The position numbers and the translations under genes were made by a program. 64,000 bases of DNA, from NCBI GenBank assembly GCA_002269645.1, contig NIVC01003555.1, positions 27,656-91,655 on the forward strand, given 5' to 3'. The DNA is from Macrostomum lignano. Lineage: Eukaryota. Below, piece by piece: positions 39,214 to 49,881 of the stretch. The stretch's first letter is position 1, and every line of letters begins with the position of its first letter. The notes under the pieces were generated by a model. The model had not been told where the DNA came from and ran no database searches. It was given only the letters and a program-made list of their open reading frames with translations.

Positions 39214-42200
39214 ATGCTGCTGAAGGGCAGAGCTGCTGCGGTGAGCAGCTTGTTGCTGCTCGTTTTGCTTCTGGTTGGAACTCGCTGCCAAGCCAGACCA
39301 GTGCGAGGACCAGGTGAGTAGCACCTGATGTAGCAAACAGAGTAACAAATATTGTGCAAAACATCATAGCAACTACTTGATTGCTATGCACTTGAAGGAC
39401 TTCCTTTGAAACCCGCAACTTTACAGAGTCTGAAGAGCACGAGGAACTTTATCCAGAAGAGGAAGAAGAGGAGTTTTTTCCCGGTAAAAAAGGAGGAAGT
39501 GTCGTTTCAGAAGAATGTGAGTATAGTGTTTTGACCGCCCAATAAAAATGAAAACGTGTTTAATAACTGCATTGACAACTGCGTAATGCTTGAATCGCTT
39601 CAGTGCTGAAAAAGCTCCTGGCCGGCCGAGATGAAGTGTCGCGGTCGTCAAAGGACATCCAGAAAAGTAAATCTGTAAAAAAGATTTAGCACATTAAACT
39701 ATTCAATTATTCTACAAGCTTGAAGCACCATTTTCGATCTGCAGGAAGGCGCAAATCCGATGGCAAAAACCCGAAAGTTGTGCCGCCCGCGAGTAAAAAG
39801 CGTAAGCCACAAATTCTGCATGCATTCTGCATTTTCACTGTGAAATTCTTAGTAAAATTTGTTTTGTCTTTCAGTAGAGCGCAAAGTTCACAGCCTACCA
39901 AGGATTCACCCAAGCCGGAAAGTGGGCGGAAGCAGGAAGTCTGCGCCACCGGTGAGGAAAGGTAGGTCAGGAACTTTACCTGCATAATTTGGTTTTGCTC
40001 TTCTTGCCGTAAGACACGTTGGCGGAAAGAGTTCCCTACCAAAGAGTGAGTTTCAGATAACATCAGATAGCAAGCAAACATCAATCCAAATTGGCGGTTT
40101 CAGAGAAGAACCAAAAGAATCGTAGAATCGTTTTGGGAGGCTCCGAGAGCTCCCTGCCGCCTCAGTTCAGAAGTGAGTATCAGCGCCATGACTCACAATG
40201 GCGACATTTCTGACACACTAGCATGAAATTCATCAAGAAGTTTGACTGTTTCAGAGAAGAACAAGAAGAGGATGATTGTAGGCGGCTCTGAGAGCTCCCT
40301 GCCGCCTCAGTTTAGAAGTGAGTATCAGCGCCATGACTCACAATGGCGACATTTCTGACACACTAGCATGCAATTCATCAAGAAGTTTGACTGTTTCAGA
40401 GAAGAACAAGAAGAGGATGATTGTAGGCGGCTCCGAGAGCTCCCTGCCGCCTCAGTTTAGAAGTGAGTATCAGCGCCATGACTCACAATGGCGACATTTC
40501 TGACACACTTTAGCATGAAATTGATCAAGAAGTTTGACTGTTTCAGAGAAGAACAAGAAGAGGATGATTGTAGGCGGCTCCGAGAGCTCCCTGCCGTTTC
40601 AGTTCAGAAGTGAGTATCAGCGCCATGACTCACAATGGCGACATTTCTGACACACTAGCATGAAATTGATCAAGAAGTTTGACTGTTTCAGAGAAGAACA
40701 AGAAGAGGATGATTGTAGGCGCCTCCGAGAGCTCCCTACCGCCTCAGTTCAGAAGTGAGTATCAGCGCCATGACTCACAATGGCGACATTTCTGACACAC
40801 TTTAGCATGAAATTGATCAAGAAGTTTGACTGTTTCAGAGAAGAACAAGAAGAGGATGATTGTAGGCGGCTCCGAGAGCTCCCTGCCGCCTCAGTTTAGA
40901 AGTGAGTATCAGCGCCATGACTCACAATGGCGACATTTCTGACACACTTTAGCATGAAATTGATCAAGAAGTTTGACTGTTTCAGAGAAGAACAAGAAGA
41001 GGATGATTGTAGGCGGCTCCGAGAGCTCCCTGCCGCCTCAGTTCAGAAGTGAGTATCAGCGCCATGACTCACAATGGTGACATTTCTGACACACTAGCAT
41101 GAAATTCATCAAGAAGTTTGACTGTTTCAGAGAAGAACAAGAAGAGGATGATTGTAGGCGCCTCCGAGAGCTCCCTACCGCCTCAGTTCAGAAGTGAGTA
41201 TCAGCGCCATGACTCACAATGGCGACATTTCTGACACACTTTAGCATGAAATTGATCAAGAAGTTTGACTGTTTCAGAGAAGAACAAGAAGAGGATGATT
41301 GTAGGCGCCTCCGAGAGCTCCCTACCGCCTCAGTTCAGAAGTGAGTATCAGCGCCATGACTCACAATGGCGACATTTCTGACACACTAGCATGCAATTCA
41401 TCAAGAAGTTTGACTGTTTCAGAGAAGAACAAGAAGAGGATGATTGTAGGCGGCTCCGAGAGCTCCCTGCCGCCTCAGTTCAGAAGTGAGTATCAGCGCC
41501 ATGACTCACAATGGCGACATTTCTGACACACTTTAGCATGAAATTGATCAAGAAGTTTGACTGTTTCAGAGAAGAACAAGAAGAGGATGATTGTAGGCGG
41601 CTCCGAGAGCTCCCTGCCGCCTCAGTTTAGAAGTGAGTATCAGCGCCATGACTTCTAAGCGTTTAAGAGTTACGCACGTTTTTAGCACACTGGACAGGGA
41701 TTAAGGTAGTAGGCAGTAGCCAGGTGAGTGCGAAAAAAACTGGGAATCGACAAAAAGGACGCCGTAATCCCAGATGATGTCGAAGAAAAAAGGCAATAAA
41801 ATTAGTGAAACAAAATATGAAGCAAGGAGCGCTGATAGAGATTCAGTCGTCGAAGCTTGAGGCAGAAGTTTTGCCTTGACCTTACATCTCGAGACTCTGT
41901 TGTGCTCCAAAAAGTTTTCTTTGGTTTCTTGAACGGTGCATGAAGCGAGTGACTGGGTGAATTGCCATTTTCTGCAATTCATGCAGCAGTAAACCCTTAA
42001 GAGCGTTGAGGACATTTTTATTGATGATGGATCCGTGGTACGTGCGTTTATCTGCTTGAAAACTGGAAAAAGTGATGTATTTTAGCATCAGTCTCACTTT
42101 AAGCAGTCCAAAACAGTAGCCTAAGTTAGTGACTCAAGAAAGGACTCAAGATGGAACTCAGGACTCAAGGAAGGCAAGGCAAGACTCTCTAAGACAATGT

Positions 42201-45200
42201 CGAGAACCCCTGGGAGTGGTGGTAGTTCCACAAATTCAACCTGGATGAGATGTCTGGGGGCTTCTTGTCCACTCGTCCGATCAGTGATTGATTGGCCTTC
42301 GGTCTGGTCCGGAGCTTCACTTCGGGCTCCTTTATGTCGATGAAGTTGACATCCTTTATGATACCATAGCTCGAGAGTCATTATGAATCGATCAGCTGAT
42401 CAATACTGCAGGTTCTGTGTCAGAAGAGGAGCGATCCAGCAAACGCTTCCCTTTGTCCGGATACGCAAAGGCCTCCAAGACTCCCGGGTCCAGAGGTGAC
42501 AAGGACAAAGAGTTTAAAAGTGCGTCATAATTTGTCATACCCTGATAATTATTGTAGGACAGAATTTTCGTAGTTGAAAAAACTCTGAAGAAAAATTCGA
42601 AAAAATCGATAAGCGATTTGGAATCAAAGTGACGGGCACCGGGAGCTCCCCGACCGCCCCAGAATGGAAGTGAGTTGCGGTGGTCAATCTGTCAATCAAA
42701 GAAGACATTTCCAGTATCCTTAGGTCTCCAACTGCTCTGCCTCGTACTCCAGTTGATTTGAGATTCGAGTCGAACATTCGGCAGTTTAACCATTGTTAAC
42801 TTTCCAAAACCGTTGGAAAAGTCTGGCTTGGACTTTAGGAAACAGAAAGTTTTACTGTTTCTTTTAGCGACCCTCGAAAGGAAGGCAAGAATTTATACCG
42901 TGGACGACATAAATACCTGCATAAACGTGGGCTCACAAACACCCAGGGTGCGCAGGGGTCCTCAGACAGCGAAAAATGTGGTGGCCGCTTGCACAATCGA
43001 ATTCAGGGTCCTTAGTCCAAGTCTAAGGTGCTTCGTCTCTTCCAAAACAACCCAAAAAATTAAAATGCATTCAACTTTTCCAAGTGCACCCAGCTTACAC
43101 TGAAACAAATGCAACTAAAAACACTGCTACGCTTTAGAGAAGAACAAGAAGATCTCCAAGGCTCCTCAGGTGGGCGGCTCTGAGAGCTCCCTGCCGCCTC
43201 AGTTTAGAAGTGAGATCCCTTTAATACTGCATCAGTTGTTATGATTTCAAAGCCAATCAAGAGCATCTGTGAACAAATATGAGTCCGTTCATTCACTGCA
43301 GAGAAGCACCGCAAAGCCAAGAAGTCAGTTCCGAAGCCAGGCTCCTCGAAGGCCTCACTACCTCCCAAGAAACCCAAGAAGATTAAGAGTGAGTCTGTTT
43401 CTCCATTTTGCCGATTTTAAACCCTTGAATCAAGCAGTGTCTCCTGCGGTTGCAGAAATCGTCAGGCACCTTGGATTCAAAGCTGCTGAGCGCAAAAGTG
43501 AGTCTAAATTATTCTAATTTTCTTTCGTTTTCCGAAATGATCTCATGTTAGCATGCACAGGCGACGCCCCTTGCGCGTATGCGCTCGCAGAGCAGTCGAG
43601 AGGGGCAGGCAGCAGCAGCCTGAGGGGTCAGCGCAAGCGCCTACAAGTCAGCGATGAGGCAGTCAGTCAGAGCAGTCAGAGTGACAAAGCGGGTCTGGCC
43701 GCTCCACAGTCGCTCGGTCGGCTGGTGCAGCAGGGCCAGGGCCAGAAGGACGGCCTCACCGCGGCCAAGGGCCCGTAGGCAGTCGCCCAGCAGCATTTGA
43801 CGATACCGGCGCAGGGTAGCGCTCACCAGCGCGGGCCATCAGAGCGTTGGTCGACATGCGCTCCAGATAGTGCACGCCAAGCGCGTAACGCAGCAGCGAT
43901 CGGTAGAGGGAATCCAGGGCTCGCGCTCGCATCTGCGTCAGCGGCTCAGCCTCCATGCCGTACAGACGGATCGGCTCTACGACCGCGTGGAACAGGCACA
44001 CCTTCAGGTCGTCTCTGGCAGCTGAAGTGAAGACGTTCATGAAGAAGGGAGCGCGCGTCGCGCCAGGCCTGGTTCCTCCTGTCGGAGACAATGGCACAGG
44101 GTTCAGCACCAAGGCGTCGAGGTACCGGAAGTCCTCGCACGTGGCGGTGCCGTCTCCTTTGGGCAGCGTGAGATTTGGGGCGGTATTTGGGCCCTCGTGC
44201 AGCGCCTCCGTCTTGCGAGCATTCACCAGCAGCCCAAGACGGGCGCCCTCGTCGCCGAGTCTTGCGAGAGTGCGCTGGGCAGCGGCTGGGTCGCGACAGA
44301 GCAGCGCGATGTCGTCAGCATACGCGAGAGCGGGAAGCAAAAGAAATCGAAGCAAAACGAGAGGGCGTCTGGACCCTCGGTGTAGAACCAGTAGCTGTCA
44401 TCCTCGTGGAGGTACTGATGCAGCGCATAAGTCCAAAACCACGAGGAAGAGCAGCAGAACCAGCATGTCGCCCTGAAGGACGCCTGGGCTGATGCCGAAC
44501 TCTTCTTCTGGACCGCCGCCGCTTGACATGACAAAGGCACTGGAGTCAGGATAGAGATCTATCACTGCGTACGCGTAGCAGGTAGGAGATAGGAGCCACG
44601 CGATAGCTCTGTGGTGGATCCGCCCGGGCGGAAGCCATTTTGGAGGCTCAGCAGCAGTGGGTCGAGGCCGGGTTGGAGGCCGTTGCGCAGAATTGCGTTC
44701 AGCAGTTATCTCGGCTGGTGGAGGCGCCTTTCTTTGAGATGGAGACAATATTGGAGGTCCGACATTGCTGAGGAGCTAAGGCGGCCTCGTTGCCTTCAAG
44801 GCTGCAGTGCTTGTTCGGCAGGCTGGTGATGATCGGGGTGAGCTCAGGCAGCTTCAGGACCCTGGGAGGGATGGCGTCCACCCCAGCGGCGGCATCAGCT
44901 CGCATGGTCATCAGTGCTCGGCCAACCTCGCCTGCAGTGATGGGGCCGGTGTCGAAGGCGCCTGGTTGGACTGAAGCGAAGTCTGGGATTGGCAGGAGAG
45001 GCACAGTTGAAGCGGGCGCGCTGTAGTTGGTGGCCAGCCGGGCCTTCCGGTGCTCGGTGGAATCAGCACCGACGATGGTGTCGGGCTTCGGCTTCCTGCC
45101 GGTCAGCTGGTTGATGGCCCTTCTGGCAGCGCTATGGCGGCCGTTGTCAGTGCCGTTTGGGTTTTGCTCACAGCCACTTCGATGAAGACTTCAGTCCGCT

Positions 45201-48200
45201 GGGCATAGATGCGCTGCAGCTCGTCCGTGGCAGCACTGGCCTGGGCGCTGTCATGGCCGTGGAGGGCAGCAGTGCTCTCCTTCCCTTGGAGACGATGAGA
45301 CTGCGGTCCCACAGAGCCTTTGGATGGTTTGCCTGTCTCCGTGGGAGAAGCGCTGCAGCATCCTCGACGGCGTGATGGAAAGACTCGAAAGACTCGTTCA
45401 AAGAAATTTGGAAGCTTTTTGAGGCGCTTTCGCATGGTGCCATTGACAGCCATCAGATCTCTGGCCTGGAAAAAACTGGATAGGAAAGGTGAGTTGGCAT
45501 TGGGGATGCCACAGCTGTTCTTCACCAGGCGGCCGTCGGCTGGAAATTGCGAGTTGAAATCCCCTGCACCAAACTGTCACCGATGTTCTTGAACTGCCAG
45601 GATGGAGATGTTGAGGTCAGCGGCCAGCCTTGTCAGCTCCTGCAGTCTCCATGTCTGACTGAGAGCGCGGGCATTGAAGGTGGCGACCCGAAGCTGGTCT
45701 TGAAGATGCGGCCGACTTGTGTCCTTGTTGGCTCTGCTTGTCACTGATCTCAGCAATGTACAGTGTTGCATTTGACTGAAAACACCAATAATTGTACTCC
45801 TTGAGAATAACAAGAAGATCTCCAAGGCTCCTCAGGTGGGCGGCTCCGTGAGCTGCCTGGCGCCTCAGTTTAGAAGTATAAGATCTGTTTAATACTGCAT
45901 CAGTTATTGTGATTTCCAAGCCAATCAAGAGCATCTGTAAACAAATATGAGTCCGGTCATTCACTGCAGAGAAGAAGCGCAAAGTCAAGAAGGCAGTTCC
46001 GAAGCCAGGCTCCTCGAAGGCCTCACTACCTCCCAAGAAACCCAAGAAGATTAAGAGTGAGTCTGTTTCTCCATTTTGCCGATTTTAAACCCTTGAATCA
46101 AGCAGTGTCTCCTGCGGTTGCAGAAATCGTCAGGCACCTTGGAATCAAAGCTGCTGGGCAAAGTGAGTTTAGAGTATTCTAACTACATGTACCTTCGCTG
46201 TCACCTTCGATCTCGTAGTAATATTTCTACTTTGTAACAGAGAAGGAATATTGATTAAGGTGTTTGACTGTTTCAGAGAATAACAAGAAGATCGCCAAGG
46301 CTCCTCAGGTGATCGTGGGCGGCTCCGAGAGCTCCCTGGCGCCTCAGTTCAGAAGTGAGATCCCTTTATATTATTATATCAATTTTTTATTTCCAAGCCA
46401 ATCAAGAGCATCTGGGAACAAATACGAGTATGAGTCCGGTCATTCACTGCAGAGAAGAACCGCAAAGCCAAGAAGTCAGTTCCGAAGCCAGGCTCCTCGA
46501 ATGCCTCACTACCTCCCAGGAAACCCAAGAAGAATAAAAGTGAGTCTGTTTTCTGTTTTCGTTGGTGTCGACGAGAAGCGACGAGACACCCTATGCAGGT
46601 CCTTTCCAGGGTCCTTCCCTATGCAGGGCGCCCGACATGAGCCTCGAGTGAAGAGGGGGCCTTCTTATAATAAAGTGGCGCCCCTGATGAAAGATTCTGG
46701 CTGTGCGCCTTGGCACAAGTCTGACTGCTTCATCATGTTTATTGCCCCTCGATGCATTTTGACCCAAAGGAGATGTAGCTAGATACTTGAAGTGTTAAGA
46801 AAAGTTCCAGTGCTGTGTTGATACAAAAGGGAATAATAGTAAATACTTGAGCTAGCTCAATGTAATTTGGCTATAACTTCTTCATGAAATTACAGAGCAA
46901 CAAATACTGCTTTCATTTTTGCTGCCTCAACGAACACGGTGCTTTAAGTTGACAAAAACTCTCTCTTTTATACCCACAATCCTCTGGGATTCCAAGGGAG
47001 TGACCTTGGATGGGATTCTCTATGTTTGCATCGGTGTCACGTTAAAAGTTCAGTCTGACGGACAGAGAACCGCGCCGACTAAGCTCGGCCGTCCAAGTGA
47101 CTTTCGGCCTTCTTAATCCCACTAGTGAAAATCGTCATTTTTATCGGTTTTTTATTTTTCAGAAAAGCAAAAGAAGAGGAAAATTTTATTCAGACACGTT
47201 CGCACCGGTGGCGATGAAAGCTCGACTTCAACTGGCTCTGGAAGTGAGTGCATGCCATCTATGCTCGTATCCTCCCACATGCGATCACTCTTTTTCGAAA
47301 ATTTTATTTTTACGAATCGTTCGGTTTTTTAGCACCTCGAAAAGTAAATATTGGGAAGAAGAAAAGAATTCAAAAACACAAGGCCGGCGGAAGTGGCGTC
47401 AAAAAGACCGGTGGAAGTGGTGTCAAAAAGACCAGTGGAAGTGGCGTCAAAAAGGTTGGCGGAAGTGGCGTAAAAAATTCCAGTGGAAGTGGTGCCAAAA
47501 AGGCTGGCGGAAGTACCATCAAAAAGGTTGGCGGAAGTGGCGTCAAAAAGGCCGGCGGAAGTGGTGTCAAAAAGGCTGGCGGAAGTGGCGTCAAAACAGT
47601 TGGCGGAAGTGGCGTCAAAAAGGTTGGCGGAAGTGGCGTCAAAAAGGCCGGCGGAAGTGGTGTCAAAAAGGCTGGCGGAAGTGGCGTCAAAAAGGCCGGC
47701 GGAAGTGGTGTCAAAAAGGCTGGCGGAAGTGGCGTCAAAACAGTTGGCGGAAGTGGCGTCAAAAAGACCAGTGGAAGTGGCGTCAAAAAGGTTGGCGGAA
47801 GTGGCGTCAAAAAGGTTGGCGGAAGTGGCGTCAAAAAGGCCGGCGGAAGTGGTGTCAAAAAGGCTGGCGGAAGTGGCGTCAAAACAGTTGGCGGAAGTGG
47901 CGTCAAAAAGACCAGTGGAAGTGGCGTCAAAAAGGTTGGCGGAAGTGGCGTCAAAAAGGTTGGCGGAAGTGGCGTCAAAAAGGCCGCCGGAAGTGGCGTC
48001 AAAAAGGCCGGCGGAAGTGGCGTCAAAAAGGCCGCCGGAAGTGGCGTCAAAAAGGCCGGCAGAAGTGGCGTCAAAAAGGCCGCCGGAAGTGGCGTCAAAA
48101 AGGCCGGCGGAAGTGCCGTAAAAAATTCCAGTGGAAGTGGCGTCAAAAAGGCCGGCGGAAGTGGCGTCAAAAAGGCCGCCGGAAGTGGCGTTAAACCGGC

Positions 48201-48243
48201 CCCTCTGAAGGGACCCAGCAAGGGAAAGGCGAACCAGCCTTAA
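39214..48243 (+). CDS. Secreted Lys/Gly/Ser-rich repeat protein, paralog A, about 895 aa from 26 exons: 39214-39313, 39427-39516, 39604-39666, 39745-39801, 39875-39961, 40104-40172; ten 63-nt exons starting 40255, 40400, 40547, 40692, 40839, 40986, 41131, 41278, 41423, 41570; then 42412-42519, 43138-43209, 43302-43388, 43456-43497, 45970-46056, 46124-46162, 46277-46354, 46453-46539, 47163-47243, 47333-48243
   Basis: Signal peptide MLLKGRAAAVSSLLLLVLLLVGTRCQA. Every listed internal exon is AG/GT-bounded, phase 1-1, a multiple of 3 and stop-free. Summed length is 2688 nt (896 codons) ending on TAA. Region 41650-42400 and possible exon 47049-47096 are unresolved. Confidence 0.75.
40173..41652 (+). 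repeat. Tandem exon+intron array A: 10 x 145-147 bp
   Basis: Unit = TTTGACTGTTTCAG | 63-nt exon | GTGAGTATCAGCGCCATGACTCACAATGGCG... Confidence 0.95.
43546..45744 (-). mobile_element. Decayed non-LTR retrotransposon (APE + RT, RTE-like) in an intron of paralog A
   Basis: Fragmented frames: LRVATFNARALS...LAVQEHR (APE), GVLQGDML (RT motif 4), LAYADDIALL (YADD), LLVNARKTE, FRYL, LYGMEA. Candidate 8-bp TSD TGATCTCA at 43538-43545 and 45745-45752. Confidence 0.88.
47380..48195 (+). repeat. Coding 24-bp repeat, 34 x KK(A/V/T)(G/S)GSGV, in the terminal exon of paralog A
   Basis: No frame-breaking indels across 34 units; in frame with the spliced model. Confidence 0.85.
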
Positions 48244-49881
48244 GGTAGGTAGGCCGAAGGCATTACTTCCAAGGGTGTTGAACGCATTGTAAGCTGAGCA
48301 ATGGCAAGCTGATCCAATTCCTAATCTTCTCTTTCAGGTGCCGACTGTCGAAGTCAGAATTGCATTCTGCGAGGCTGATGATCCGAAACATGACCAGACA
48401 AAATATATTATTTTTTCTCGGTCCGGTCAAAGTGAACAAACATTTCCTTTCTCCCCGACAATTCACATCTAGTCGCTTATATTTTGAAAGTGCTGTCATC
48501 CTAACTACCATTACGATGTTGAGCTGAAGAAAATAAAAGCCAGAATTTAATAATGAATTGTTTTGATTCCTAAACAGGCTGTGGTTATTCAAGCAAGTTT
48601 CAAAGAACCTAAATGAATTATTTGCGTTATTTTAACTCTGGAAAATACTGAACGATGAAATTTCATAAATGGCAAATATTTGGTGAATCAATACTATGAC
48701 CGCCAGTCAGTCAACAGTGGTTCGTATTATTCTAACAAAGCAGCCCCCCCCCCCTCAGGCGCGTTCTCATTAGTCCCGAAGAAGTACACAAAGCACTTTA
48801 ATGCAGAGTATTTCAGAGCACAAAAACGCTCGAAAACAAACAAATTTAATTATTCTAACAAAATCTAAATTATCATTTGTTCAGAAAGAATTAGTTTTTT
48901 GTTATTAATAACAAAGCGTTAAATTAAAAAATTGAATTTATTAAATCATAAACTAGATTTACATATTTCTATGTTGAATACAATCCTCGATTACTTCGGA
49001 AAGACAGCTTCTGGTTGTGAGTTCGTATAGTTCCTTCAAAGTTTAAATTAACAAAGTTGTGTAAATACTGCTAGAAATTGTGTAACTTGTGCTTCTTAAC
49101 GTTAAAAATATGATAAACATTTCACCAGAAGGAAAATTAATATTTCTCTACATGCGCTTTTTGACTCCCCAGATTTCACTTTAGCCGTGTGGAACCCGCC
49201 TGAGATGCTGTCTTTGCCTCATCATCACTCGCTTGACTGGCTGGCAAAGTAGGACTTCAGTGTTGTCGTTGGAAGGTTCTGACATTTTTAAACTCAGAAC
49301 AAAAACTGAAGCAGCTAGAAGCAACTTTGGCGTCATCGTGACAGCAGAAGTGACAACGTATATAAAAAGCGATGGTTTATCCTTTGTCTCAACATTCGTG
49401 TGAGCATTGTGTAAATTGCATCAGAATATCCCAGTGCGTGACAACGATTGACTGTCACGCAATCGTTGTCACGTGCTGCGACCGCTGATTCTTTGCATTG
49501 TTATGCTGCTTGACGATTGTATTGTTCTGCATAAAAATGTGAATAATGATCGTCAAATTGCTAGACAATGGAAAACGCGCACATTAAGCGCAAAAACAAC
49601 GCAGTAGTCAGAGACTGTTCATCAGAAGTTGCTCATTAAAACTGAAACGTGCAATCCTTGAAGTGACAGTTCTCGAATAAGCGAACTGCGCATTCCGAAT
49701 GCATCCGACCTGCAGATTAATGGACATTGTAAAAATTCACAGTTTCTATATAGCCATTAGTATAGCCACTAATTTACTTACAATGTTGACATATTATACT
49801 TACCATGCTTCACCCGCATCTCCTGTGTCACCTCCACTGAAGCATACATGTAGGTCGCACGGGTCGGTCAGTCGTCGACAC

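Noticed and set aside
40255-41632. Alternative acidic reading of the repeat exon (EEQEEDDCRRLRELPAASVQK)
   Set aside because: About half the units have TAG in this frame (GTT TAG) and it is out of phase with the upstream exons.
41686-42669. Extra exons at 41686-41723 and 42575-42669 (GIKVxG..SS motif)
   Set aside because: They have plausible splice sites but are off by one base from phase 1-1 or contain a stop; they may be decayed or mis-sequenced, so left out of the model.
47380-48195. Array of ETS-like CGGAAGTG sites as an enhancer
   Set aside because: Fully explained by the Gly-Gly-Ser-Gly codons of the coding repeat.
39214-48243. Identity with the known Macrostomum adhesive protein Mlig-ap1
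   Set aside because: No C-type lectin, vWD, TIL or EGF domains, and the repeat motif differs from the GRKHS type; only compositional similarity.
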